A program made the translations under genes and the position numbers. From an uncultured Hyphomicrobiales bacterium (GTDB lineage: Bacteria > Bacteroidota > Ignavibacteria > Kapaibacteriales > UBA2268), in contig CAZOOR010000002.1 of the NCBI GenBank assembly GCA_964581505.1, positions 19,700-83,699 on the forward strand: 64,000 nucleotides of DNA, written 5' to 3'. Position 1 is the first letter of the stretch. Every line of letters starts with the position of its first letter. Under the pieces are notes generated by a model. That model had not been told where the DNA came from. It worked only from the letters and a program-made list of their open reading frames with translations, and did no database searches. Below are positions 41,354 to 50,245 of this stretch, piece by piece.

Positions 41354-42945
41354 CCTTCCTTATTAAAATAAAAGAACTGGGCTAGAATAATCCCCAATTG
41401 GTTTTCAATTTGTTTGTAAAGACCTACACTAGGTCCATTGAATATAAAACAAAAAGCAAGATTTTCACCGTCCAAAGTTCTTACAAAACCACACAGACCG
41501 CTTACATTTTTATGTGTACCGGTTTTTGCCTTTAAGTTATCGGCGGCAAGTGAATAACGCATTCTTTTTCTTAACGTTCCGTCCCTACCGGCAATGGACA
41601 AAGAAGAGTCAAGTATTGGTTTCATTATTTCCGAATTATATGTCTTTATAAGTAAGTTAATACTTGCATTAGCAGTTAATTTATTCCTACGGGACAGCCC
41701 TGAGCCATCATAAAGAACGCATTTGGAAAAATCAATCTCCATAGAATCAATAAGACTAATAATTATTTGTCGGCTTTCCTTTGCATTTTCAACCATTTTC
41801 CCGCTATTTGCACCAATTAATTTAAATATATTCTCAGCCAAATAATTATCACTATTTTTTAACGTAGGTGTTATTACATCAACTAAATATCTTTTATTTT
41901 CCGCTAACTGATATACCTCTGTCTTCACTTCAGAAATCTTTCCTACATTGAAAGTACCGCTTACTTTTATACCACTTCCATTTAGCAATCTAAGCAATGC
42001 ACCGGCTACAACTTCTTCTGGTTTGTCTATGTAATATCTGTAAGAGTAAGATAAATCAGCATTTATTGTACCTGAAGCAGTAAACACCTGCTGTCCCTTT
42101 GCATTTTTTCTATGCTTGATGTAAGATTTTCGCCGTCTCGTTGTTGATTGGTATTCAACCGGACCACCGTAATATGCCTTCTCTATTGTTTCATTCAAAT
42201 ATGCTTTTTTCTTTTTTCTATGCTTAGGTCTTCCTTTTACTTTTGATTTGTTAATAATAATAAAAGCAGGGGACGGCGGGTCGGTTGTAATCAATGCTCT
42301 ACGGAATTTGCCCTGTGGATTGCCGTGTATTGTAACCGTAACAATATTATTATTGATTGAAAGCCCTGTAATCGCTTGTACTGGTTGTACTCTGTCCTTA
42401 TCGCCGCTATAATCCAGCCTGTCATAAATATCATCAAAATAAGAACCGTCCGCAATAATATTTCCTTTAATTTCTTTTATCCCTTTATTAGCAATTTCGG
42501 CAACCATAGAACGTAAATCATCAGTAGAAAACAATGGGTCGCCTGCACCCACTATGTACAAATCACCATTAAGAACTCCGTCAATTATATTCCCTGTATG
42601 ATAAATTTTTGTTTTATACTCAAAGTTCGTACCAAGTGTATATAGTGCCGAAAAACAAGTAAAAAGTTTTGTTAACGATGCAGGTGTTAGTGCCTTTCTT
42701 GTACTTTTCTTAAAGTAATACCTACTATTATCCAAAGAATAAACTGCTAAGGAATAATTAGTATTTTTGAATCCTGCACCTGTAATAACTCTTGAAATTT
42801 GACCGGAGAGGAATTTCAATGATTTTAAAGTATCTTCATACGTAAATATATTGGACTTAAAAGAATTCTGTGAAAGAAGACTTAAGGAAAATATTCCTAA
42901 AATAATAATACTAACAATTGCATTTTTTAATAATTTATTTCTCAT
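41350..42945 (-). CDS. dacB: D-alanyl-D-alanine carboxypeptidase/endopeptidase PBP4 (S13)
   Basis: PASLTKL (SxxK), GAGDP, KNSDNYLAE (SxN), DGSGLSR, GRDGTL..R, AKTGT (KTG). Confidence 0.92.
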   Translation of the reverse strand: MRNKLLKNAIVSIIILGIFSLSLLSQNSFKSNIFTYEDTLKSLKFLSGQISRVITGAGFKNTNYSLAVYSLDNSRYYFKKSTRKALTPASLTKLFTCFSALYTLGTNFEYKTKIYHTGNIIDGVLNGDLYIVGAGDPLFSTDDLRSMVAEIANKGIKEIKGNIIADGSYFDDIYDRLDYSGDKDRVQPVQAITGLSINNNIVTVTIHGNPQGKFRRALITTDPPSPAFIIINKSKVKGRPKHRKKKKAYLNETIEKAYYGGPVEYQSTTRRRKSYIKHRKNAKGQQVFTASGTINADLSYSYRYYIDKPEEVVAGALLRLLNGSGIKVSGTFNVGKISEVKTEVYQLAENKRYLVDVITPTLKNSDNYLAENIFKLIGANSGKMVENAKESRQIIISLIDSMEIDFSKCVLYDGSGLSRRNKLTANASINLLIKTYNSEIMKPILDSSLSIAGRDGTLRKRMRYSLAADNLKAKTGTHKNVSGLCGFVRTLDGENLAFCFIFNGPSVGLYKQIENQLGIILAQFFYFNKEG

Positions 42946-42950
42946 AACTA

Positions 42951-43916
42951 TTATATATTTTTCAAAATTTCAATTCCGGGAATTTCTTCCTCTTTGTAAT
43001 CCTTTACGTCAAACCAGTGCATTTCGGAAATTTTTCTAAACCAGGTCATTTGGCGTTTTGCATAACGTCTTGTATTCTTTTTAATTTCTTCGATTGCTTC
43101 TTTTTCCGTACATTTCCTATTAATATATGCCAGTGTCTCCTTATAACCAACAGTATTTAAGCTATTGAGTTCCGGTGAATAACCCATTTTAAGTATTTTC
43201 ACTGTTTCGTCAAGCAATCCGTTCCGCCACATCAATTCCGAACGCAAGTTAATTCTTTCGTAAAGTTTTTCCCGCTCAAAATTAATACCAAAATACTTAT
43301 AATTAAAATTTCTTTTTGTTTTTTTCTGTTTGCGAGAATTCAAGATTGATTCTCCATAGGTATAATAATACTCCAATGCACGTAGAACACGGCGTGGATT
43401 CTTATCCTGATATTTTTCGGCAGCAGCTTTATCTATTTTTTCCAATTCCATATATAGGTAATCGCGCCCCTTTTTTTCAAGTTTCTCATTCAAAAATGAA
43501 CGAATCCCTTTCAATGCAATATTCTCGTCCTGAGCAAATAAACCTTCGCAAAGAGATTGAATATACAGACCGGAACCACCGACAACAACCGGCAATTTCC
43601 CTCTTGAAAAAATATCTTCAACAATTCTCTCTGCCTCATCGCCAAAACGTCCTGCATTGTAGTCCTCGTCAGGTGCCAGTATATCAATGAAATGATGTTT
43701 AACAGATTTCAGTTCATCATCACTTGGTTTTGCAGTACATATATTCATAAATTTATAAATCTGCCGCGAATCCGCCGAAACAATTTCCAGAGGTATAATT
43801 TCAGCAAGACGCAAAGATAATCCTGTTTTACCGGAAGCCGTGGGACCGGTTATCACGGGTACAGTCTTACTTTCCAGCAGTTCACTGAATTTACTATTTA
43901 TATCACTTATTTCCAA
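42951..43916 (-). CDS. miaA: tRNA (A37) dimethylallyltransferase
   Basis: ITGPTASGKT, SADSRQIYK.M.I.TAKP, VVGGSGLYI, NPRRVLRALE, TRRYAKRQMTWF; TTG start with GGAG SD. Confidence 0.96.
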   Translation of the reverse strand: MEISDINSKFSELLESKTVPVITGPTASGKTGLSLRLAEIIPLEIVSADSRQIYKFMNICTAKPSDDELKSVKHHFIDILAPDEDYNAGRFGDEAERIVEDIFSRGKLPVVVGGSGLYIQSLCEGLFAQDENIALKGIRSFLNEKLEKKGRDYLYMELEKIDKAAAEKYQDKNPRRVLRALEYYYTYGESILNSRKQKKTKRNFNYKYFGINFEREKLYERINLRSELMWRNGLLDETVKILKMGYSPELNSLNTVGYKETLAYINRKCTEKEAIEEIKKNTRRYAKRQMTWFRKISEMHWFDVKDYKEEEIPGIEILKNI

Positions 43917-44007
43917 TTTGCTAACTCCATAATATCAATTTAACCAATCATTATTGGCATTCAAAATTTATTATTTCATTAGTTCAAAATATACTAATTT
44001 GCAAAAT

Positions 44008-44475
44008 TTAAATAAGAGAGTGAATGACATTGGTAACAACACCCCAGACCTCGAAATTCATCTGCGAGGTTATTTCAATAGGCTTGTAATGCGGATTTTC
44101 TGCTAATAGGAATAGTTTATTCCTACTCTTCCTCATTCTTTTAACAAGTAATTCACCGTCAATAACGGCTATAACGATATGATTATCCTTCGGTTCAATA
44201 CTGCGGTCAACAACAAGTATATCGCCTGAATGTATACCGGCTTTTAGCATTGAATCGCCTGTTACGCGTACAAAAAATGTAGCAGGCGGGTTTTTAATAA
44301 GATGTTCATTCAAATCTAATTTGCTGTCAATATAATCATCTGCGGGAGATGGGAAACCGGCTGAAACCGATTCGAGAAAAAGTGGCAAATTTAGTTCCTT
44401 ATCTCTTTCGGGGATAATAATCTCACTAACTTTTGTTTCATCACTTATTACTTTTTTCAAATGTTTTCCTTCCAT
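44008..44475 (-). CDS. umuD: UmuD family translesion polymerase V subunit (S24 peptidase)
   Basis: VSAGFPSPADDY cleavage region, LDLNEHLI.NP.ATFFVRV.GDSM (Ser), LVVDRS, ELLVKR (Lys), VWGVVT.VI. Confidence 0.9.
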   Translation of the reverse strand: MEGKHLKKVISDETKVSEIIIPERDKELNLPLFLESVSAGFPSPADDYIDSKLDLNEHLIKNPPATFFVRVTGDSMLKAGIHSGDILVVDRSIEPKDNHIVIAVIDGELLVKRMRKSRNKLFLLAENPHYKPIEITSQMNFEVWGVVTNVIHSLI

Positions 44476-45575
44476 CAGAAAGCTTCCCTAATAATTGCAC
44501 CTGCCACTATTTGCGCATCTTCGTATATTACGACCGACTGCCCGGGAGTTATTGCTTTTCGAGGTTCGTCAAACTTTACAATGAGTTCACCCTTATCATT
44601 TACTTCGCATTTGCAGGCGGCACCTACATCACGGTATCTGATTTTTGCTGTAAATATCTTACCCTCAGGGAAATCGGAATACTTCATCATATTTACATTT
44701 TCAGCAACTAAATTGCTTGTCAGCAGTTCTTCTTCCTCGGCAACAATCACCGTATTTTTTTCCGGTATTATTGCTTTTACATATAGTGGTTTATTATGTG
44801 ATATACCCAGCCCCTTACGTTGTCCTACCGTATAGAAAGGAAAACCCTTATGAATACCAATCTTTTCATCATCAAACACAATATCACCACCGGCATACTT
44901 TTTATCAATTCCCTGTACATTATCAACAAGAAATTCCTTATAATCATTGCTCGGAACAAAACATATTTCCTGCGATTCGGCTTTATTATGCACCGGGATA
45001 TTATATTTACGGGCTAAATCACGGGTAATACTTTTATCAATATCAGCAAGTGGAAATATTGTCTTTGCGAGATGTTCCTGAGTTAAACCCCAGAGAAAAT
45101 ACGATTGGTCTTTCTTTGGGTCATCGCCTTTTTCAATTGCATAACGCATACCGATTTCATTATAAACAATTTTAGCATAATGTCCGGTAGCATAGAAATC
45201 ACAGGAATATTTACTTGCATGCTTCAGCACTTCTCCCCATTTGATTATTGGATTACAAAGAGCGCAAGGATTAGGTGTTCTACCGTTCAAATATTCATCA
45301 ATAAAATTATTAATGATTTTCTCTTTGAAAATTTCCGATAAATCAACAAGATGATGCTCAATACCCAACTGCTCGGCTACATCTCTTGCATCAATTATTG
45401 CCTGATAATTACAACAGCCAGATTCGCGCGTATCTGCAAAACAATCATCACTAATCTTAATGGGAGTAATAGTTATACCCACAACATCGTAGCCACGCTC
45501 CAAAAGTAATGCGGCGGCAACAGCAGAATCCACACCACCGGAAATCCCGACTAATACTTTTTTATTCAATTTCAT
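44475..45575 (-). CDS. mnmA: tRNA 2-thiouridine(34) synthase
   Basis: GISGGVDSAVAA, GRTPNPCALCN, ATGHYA, KDQSYFL, ESQEICF, TVGQRKGLG, TPGQSVV; start moved to ATG 45575 (track uses 45614). Confidence 0.96.
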   Translation of the reverse strand: MKLNKKVLVGISGGVDSAVAAALLLERGYDVVGITITPIKISDDCFADTRESGCCNYQAIIDARDVAEQLGIEHHLVDLSEIFKEKIINNFIDEYLNGRTPNPCALCNPIIKWGEVLKHASKYSCDFYATGHYAKIVYNEIGMRYAIEKGDDPKKDQSYFLWGLTQEHLAKTIFPLADIDKSITRDLARKYNIPVHNKAESQEICFVPSNDYKEFLVDNVQGIDKKYAGGDIVFDDEKIGIHKGFPFYTVGQRKGLGISHNKPLYVKAIIPEKNTVIVAEEEELLTSNLVAENVNMMKYSDFPEGKIFTAKIRYRDVGAACKCEVNDKGELIVKFDEPRKAITPGQSVVIYEDAQIVAGAIIREAF

Positions 45576-45651
45576 AAACTCATAATAGTAAATACTATAA
45601 TTTTGACGTCTCATTAATATTTATGTTTTTTTTGCCAAAATGATTATTTAT

Positions 45652-45683
45652 TTTGGCTGTTACGTATTTTTTTGATAATTTTG
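45652..45683 (+). promoter_or_regulatory. Bacteroidota-type primary sigma promoter of tRNA-Pro
   Basis: TTTG (45652-45655), 20-nt spacer, TAATTTTG (45676-45683), 13 nt before the tRNA. Confidence 0.6.
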
Positions 45684-45696
45684 TAGTCTTGTCAAT

Positions 45697-45770
45697 CGGG
45701 GTGTAGCTCAGCCCGGCAGAGCACTACGTTCGGGACGTAGGGGCCGGAGGTTCAAATCCTCTCACCCCGA
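45697..45770 (+). tRNA. tRNA-Pro (anticodon CGG)
   Basis: Cloverleaf: CGGGGTG/CACCCCG acceptor, anticodon arm CTACG-TTCGGGA-CGTAG, T arm GGAGG-TTCAAAT-CCTCT; CCA not encoded. Confidence 0.95.
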
Positions 45771-45776
45771 CAAGAT

Positions 45777-45810
45777 AAAAGGCTACTCATTTTCGAGTGG
45801 CCTTTTTTTT
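45777..45810. terminator. Bidirectional terminator between tRNA-Pro and the AlbA_2 gene
   Basis: AAAAGGCTACTC-ATTTTC-GAGTGGCCTTTTTTTT. Confidence 0.75.
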
Positions 45811-45860
45811 ATCTATTTCCAATTAAGCAATAATACATAATAAATAATAAAAATTACCTC

Positions 45861-46517
45861 TCAATAAACTTTCTCAACCAATGTGAAATAGTCATGTGCC
45901 GAATCAATATGTATTTGCAAAACACCGGCTTTGACAAGCCTCACCATTAGACGTTCTGCGCGGCGATTTGAAATATTGACCAATCTTGCAAAATCTTTAA
46001 CTGTTGCCCTTTCTTGCTTATCAAGGTATCTGAATAATGTTTTTTCCTTTTCGCCAATAATAATACGGAGCGGCTTTGAATCTGCGTTTGTAGCGGCAAG
46101 TACACGCTTCATTTCCTTTGAAGCGAGAAGGCACTTCTCCCCTACTCTAATGTAAACAAGAGGCTTTTCTTTGGGTTGTTCAGGATTAACAAGTAAGTGC
46201 GGTTTATGTTCGCTCTCGGGAACATAACATACAACAACATCTTCGCCATATAATTCCATTATTTCAATTTCAGGATTTATTGGCGGTTCAATATAGAACT
46301 CACAAGCAGTCTCAATTTCCTGAATAATAGTTTTTTCACTTCTCACACCAATAATATATGAACTGTCATCTACCCCAATAAGCAAGAAGCCACCGATAGT
46401 ATTGGCAAACGCCGCAATCTCTTTTGCAATCTTTTTGTGAGAGCTGATTTTGCGTTTAAATTCGAGAGTAGTGGACTCACCTTTTGCAATCATTTCTAAT
46501 AATTCTTTTGCTCGCAT
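45861..46517 (-). CDS. AlbA_2/Schlafen-domain protein with C-terminal winged HTH
   Basis: GESTTLEFKRK, IAAFANTIGGFLLIGVDD, PESEHKPH, VYIRVGE; C-terminal TVKDFARLVNISNRRAERLMVRLVKAGVL HTH. Confidence 0.85.
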   Translation of the reverse strand: MRAKELLEMIAKGESTTLEFKRKISSHKKIAKEIAAFANTIGGFLLIGVDDSSYIIGVRSEKTIIQEIETACEFYIEPPINPEIEIMELYGEDVVVCYVPESEHKPHLLVNPEQPKEKPLVYIRVGEKCLLASKEMKRVLAATNADSKPLRIIIGEKEKTLFRYLDKQERATVKDFARLVNISNRRAERLMVRLVKAGVLQIHIDSAHDYFTLVEKVY

Positions 46518-46665
46518 TGTAACAATTTACTACTTTCACGTGTTAATAATTTAACAAATATGTATTTGTTTAAATCATTTTTTTGTGTCTTTGACAAAAA
46601 AATGTTATTATTGATTTTCTTATTATCAAGATAACAAATTTTTAATAATATATATAGGAAAAATT

Positions 46666-48018
46666 ATGAAGTATTTGTTTACTTTTTTGATTCTTATTGC
46701 GGCTTATAACTACGTAGACGCACAGACGTGGACAAAATTAGACGGAACAAGTTCGTACATTAACGCTATTTATATGCCGGATAATTCCGGTACCGTATAT
46801 GTGGCATCTGATATTGTCCCTACAGACCTCCAAAAGAATGATATTCAATTCCCCAATTATGGTGCAGGACAGCAGGGCTTTAGAATTTCTAAGGATAAAG
46901 GAAAATCTTTTGGCGATGAGATTTTAAAGGATTATTCAGTTTACGCTTTTTATTCTTATCCAAATAACAAAAATACTATGCTTGCTTCTATTCGTAAATT
47001 CAACGAATCAGGCATTGTGATTTCAAAAGATGCGGGTAAAACTTGGGATATGTCTCATATTAGATACATTAGTTCATCTCAGATTATAAATATTACAACA
47101 AATAAAAAGAACTCATCAAAATTATTTGCCGCAGAGGTTAAATCAAGTAAAGGTTATAAATTTACTACCGATACATTTAAAACCTGCAAAACAGATGAAC
47201 AATTTGTGATTGAGGCACGTGATATTGTTACTTCACCTTTTAATCCGAACTTAGTCTTTATTGCCGGCAGCAAATCATTACACCAAGTATATCGTTCTCG
47301 TGATAATGGCAAAACGTGGGTAGGTAATGTTTCGGGACTTGAAGGCAAACGTATCCTATGCCTAATGCCATCAATGTGGAATGAATCTGTGATTCTTGCC
47401 GGTGTGGATTCTCTTGATTTCAATAGAGACAGTCACGGCATAGGTATTTATATGAGTCTCGATACAGGCAAAACTTGGAAGTTAGTAGGCGCCAAAGGTA
47501 AGCGAGTATTTGATTTGGCACAACATCCGTCAAATCCCAAATATATGGCGGCGGCTTGTGATTCCGGTTCCGTCTTTTTCAGTGGTAGTTACGGCTACGG
47601 CTGGGAAGAATATTCCGATGGATTACCTAAAAAAACTTCCGTCAGAGTAGTAGCCATTGCCGATTGGGAATCAGGCAACGGTGCAATTGTACTTGCAGGT
47701 ACTTTTGGTAAAGGTCTATATATTTCTAAGAAAGTAATTACAGGAGTAAAAGATAACACACCTCATTCATTACAAATACTTTCTATTGCCCCTCAACCTT
47801 TTAATGATTTGGTTAGAATTGATGTATCGTCATCTTTTGCAAATACAATTAAAGCCGAGATATTCGATATGCTTGGCAATAATCTTTATTCATCTGAAAA
47901 AACAAACAATGGCAATGTTACTTCATTTATCTGGCAACCGGCATATTTACCAAATGGTGTTTATATGCTTCGTTTAACAAATGGAAAAGATATAATTACT
48001 ACGAAGATTATCAAATAA
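46666..48018 (+). CDS. T9SS type A sorting domain protein with BNR repeats
   Basis: Signal peptide; SKDKGKSF, SKDAGKTW, SRDNGKTW, SLDTGKTW repeats; CTD IAPQPFND...IFDMLGN...LPNGVYMLRL...TTKIIK. Confidence 0.85.
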   Translation: MKYLFTFLILIAAYNYVDAQTWTKLDGTSSYINAIYMPDNSGTVYVASDIVPTDLQKNDIQFPNYGAGQQGFRISKDKGKSFGDEILKDYSVYAFYSYPNNKNTMLASIRKFNESGIVISKDAGKTWDMSHIRYISSSQIINITTNKKNSSKLFAAEVKSSKGYKFTTDTFKTCKTDEQFVIEARDIVTSPFNPNLVFIAGSKSLHQVYRSRDNGKTWVGNVSGLEGKRILCLMPSMWNESVILAGVDSLDFNRDSHGIGIYMSLDTGKTWKLVGAKGKRVFDLAQHPSNPKYMAAACDSGSVFFSGSYGYGWEEYSDGLPKKTSVRVVAIADWESGNGAIVLAGTFGKGLYISKKVITGVKDNTPHSLQILSIAPQPFNDLVRIDVSSSFANTIKAEIFDMLGNNLYSSEKTNNGNVTSFIWQPAYLPNGVYMLRLTNGKDIITTKIIK

Positions 48019-48035
48019 TATCATAATAATTATTG

Positions 48036-48071
48036 AAAAGAGTTATCCCGAAAGAGATAACTCTTTTTTTT
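48036..48071 (+). terminator. Terminator after T9SS cargo gene
   Basis: AAAAGAGTTATC/GATAACTCTTTT stem followed by T-run. Confidence 0.8.
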
Positions 48072-48109
48072 AGTTTTAGGAAGGTGAACGATAACAGCCA
48101 ATCATTACA

Positions 48110-48449
48110 CAAAGCGCGAGGGAGCGAACGGCAAGAAGGCATAGATTAGCTTCGCTGCTGCCTTCGGCGGTCTTCGCCTTTGGCTCAGAATGACGAACGA
48201 TTTTGTTGTAAAAACCGTACCCTGAAGGATGCGGTTTGAAACAGCCGACACAGCTTGAAAGGCAGAACAGCCGAACACTCCGCCGCTTCGCGGCACCCCT
48301 CTGCGAGAGGGGAATTAAAGGCAAAAGGCATAGATGCTTTGCTGCTGTTTTCCGGATTGGCTTCGCCGCTGCCTTATGGATTCTTCGCCTTTGGCTCAGA
48401 ATGACGAACGATTTTGTTGTAAAAACCGCACCCTAAAGGATGCGGTTTG
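48110..48449. repeat. Mosaic REP-like palindromic repeat cluster with a 68-bp direct repeat
   Basis: 48171-48238 and 48382-48449 are 66/68 identical; hairpins GCCGC-TTC-GCGGC (48282-48294), CCCCTCT-GCG-AGAGGGG (48296-48312), AAACCGCA-N10-TGCGGTTT (48423-48448); GC-rich against AT-rich flanks. Confidence 0.85.
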
Positions 48450-48457
48450 TTGTAAAA

Positions 48458-48635
48458 TTTCTACACTTTTCTACATATTAGTGATATTTTTACTACGATA
48501 CAGGAAAAAATACAATAATTATGGAAATTGGTGTAAATAATTGTAATTGCTATGGGTTATAAGTTTTGTACAGTTTGGTGTTTTTCTACACTTTTCTACA
48601 CTTTTCTACACTTTTCTACACTTCTTCTACATATT
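48458..48635. repeat. Two arrays of the 10-bp unit TTTTCTACAC
   Basis: Four perfect tandem copies 48582-48621 plus a variant, and about two copies at 48458-48475; both arrays end in CTACATATT. Confidence 0.85.
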
Positions 48636-48796
48636 GCTATTACTTTTCAAAGAACGAGGAGTGAGCGAACACTCGTTTGCAATATAATGGGATTGAGGAG
48701 TAGTGGCAAGAAAACGGTTTTAAAATTATTTTGAACAAAGCTTAAATTTTACTTAATTTGCTTGATTGAATTTTTTCATTTTCATATATAAACAAT

Positions 48797-49516
48797 ATGC
48801 AAGTCAAATATAAACGGATACTATTAAAACTAAGCGGTGAAGCATTAATGGGTAGCGGCTCGTTCGGCATACAGCCCGATGCGATAAATGCCTTTGCTCG
48901 CGAAATAGCTAATGTTCATAAATTGGGTGTCGAGATTGCCATTGTCATCGGTGGTGGTAATATTTTCAGAGGTGTGCAAGCCGCCACACATGGCATTCAG
49001 AAAGTTTCGGGCGACCACATGGGTATGCTGGCAACTGTCATCAATTGTATTGCTTTTCAGAATGCACTTGAAAATATCGGCATTCAAACAAGGTTGCAAA
49101 CAGCAATTAAAATGGAGCAAATAGCAGAACCGTTTATACGCCGTAGAGCTATGAGGCATCTTGAAAAGGGGCGTGTAGTTCTTTTCGGTTCCGGTACGGG
49201 AAATCCTTATTTCACGACTGATACTGCCGCCGCACTTCGCGCCAATGAAATTGAAGCAGATATTGTGCTGAAAGGTACTCGTGTGGACGGCGTTTATGAC
49301 AGCGACCCCGAGAAAAACAGCGAAGCAAAGTTTTACGACCATGTTTCGTATTCCGAAGTAATTGAAAAGAACTTACGAGTAATGGACCATACTGCAATAA
49401 CGCTTTGCAAGGAAAACAAACTACCGATAATCGTTTTTAATATTAATCGTCAGGACAATTTGAAAAGAATAGTTCTCGGTGAAAAAATCGGTACTCTTGT
49501 TTCAATTGATAAATAG
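48797..49516 (+). CDS. pyrH: Uridylate kinase
   Basis: [62 protein letters not shown]. Confidence 0.98.
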   Translation: MQVKYKRILLKLSGEALMGSGSFGIQPDAINAFAREIANVHKLGVEIAIVIGGGNIFRGVQAATHGIQKVSGDHMGMLATVINCIAFQNALENIGIQTRLQTAIKMEQIAEPFIRRRAMRHLEKGRVVLFGSGTGNPYFTTDTAAALRANEIEADIVLKGTRVDGVYDSDPEKNSEAKFYDHVSYSEVIEKNLRVMDHTAITLCKENKLPIIVFNINRQDNLKRIVLGEKIGTLVSIDK

Positions 49517-49547
49517 ACAATAATTAATAAAATATCAGGAACTACAA

Positions 49548-50105
49548 ATGTTAGATGAAATTCTTAAAAAGACTAAAGAGAATATGCAAAAGTCTCTTGA
49601 TTTTACAAAACAGCAAATTACTAAGGTTCGTACAGGACGGGCTTCTACCTCAATGCTCGACACTGTGAAAGTGGACTACTACGGAGCGCCGACCCCGCTC
49701 AGTCAAGTAGCAAATTTATCTGCACCGGACCCGCGTTCAATAGTTGTTCAACCTTATGACCGTTCGATATTGCCGGAGATAGAAAAGGCGATACAGACAG
49801 CAGATTTGGGATTTAATCCAATGAATGACGGAACAATTATTCGTATTCCCGTACCTCCGCTGACCGAAGACAGACGCAAGGAGTTTGTCAAAGTCTGCAA
49901 GAAATATGCAGAAGAGGGCAAAATTGCGATTAGAAGCGTCCGCCGCGATATGATTGAAGCTGTCAGGAAAGCCGAGAAAGACAAACAATTGACGGAAGAT
50001 GATAAAAAATATGGCGAAGATGAAATTCAAAAAATTACAGATGAGTTTATTAAGAATATTGATGAAATCTCTGCGACAAAAGAAAAAGAACTGCTCGAAG
50101 ATTAA
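49548..50105 (+). CDS. frr: Ribosome recycling factor
   Basis: VRTGRAS, VDYYGAPTPL, DLGFNPMNDG, PPLTEDRRKE, AIRSVRRD. Confidence 0.98.
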   Translation: MLDEILKKTKENMQKSLDFTKQQITKVRTGRASTSMLDTVKVDYYGAPTPLSQVANLSAPDPRSIVVQPYDRSILPEIEKAIQTADLGFNPMNDGTIIRIPVPPLTEDRRKEFVKVCKKYAEEGKIAIRSVRRDMIEAVRKAEKDKQLTEDDKKYGEDEIQKITDEFIKNIDEISATKEKELLED

Positions 50106-50127
50106 TTTTCCGAACGAGAAAATATGT

Positions 50128-50158
50128 TTTGTTCTTTTGTCAATTATGCTTAATTTTG
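50128..50158 (+). promoter_or_regulatory. Bacteroidota-type promoter of tRNA-Val(GAC)
   Basis: TTTG (50128-50131), 19-nt spacer, TAATTTTG (50151-50158). Confidence 0.6.
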
Positions 50159-50169
50159 CATTCGCTTAT

Positions 50170-50244
50170 GGGCTCTTAGCTCAGTTGGTCTAGAGCGCTT
50201 CCCTGACACGGAAGAGGTCACAGATTCAAATTCTGTAGGGCCCA
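50170..50244 (+). tRNA. tRNA-Val (anticodon GAC)
   Basis: GGGCTCT/AGGGCCC acceptor, D arm GCTC/GAGC, anticodon arm CTTCC-CTGACAC-GGAAG, T arm ACAGA-TTCAAAT-TCTGT (A53:U61), discriminator A. Confidence 0.9.
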
Positions 50245-50245
50245 C

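Noticed and set aside
48149-48449. Possible CRISPR array (repeat-spacer-repeat)
   Set aside because: Only two copies, unit 68-90 bp and intervening DNA about 120-140 bp, far outside CRISPR sizes; no cas genes in the window.
48450-48475. AATTTCTAC resembling the Cas12a direct-repeat motif
   Set aside because: The complementary GTAGA arm is absent and the motif is simply the start of the TTTTCTACAC array.
48076-48734. Short ORFs in the track overlapping the repeat cluster (48076-48324, 48105-48296, 48236-48436, 48334-48540, 48552-48734)
   Set aside because: They arise from GC-rich palindromes and tandem repeats on both strands, with no coding-like composition or motifs.
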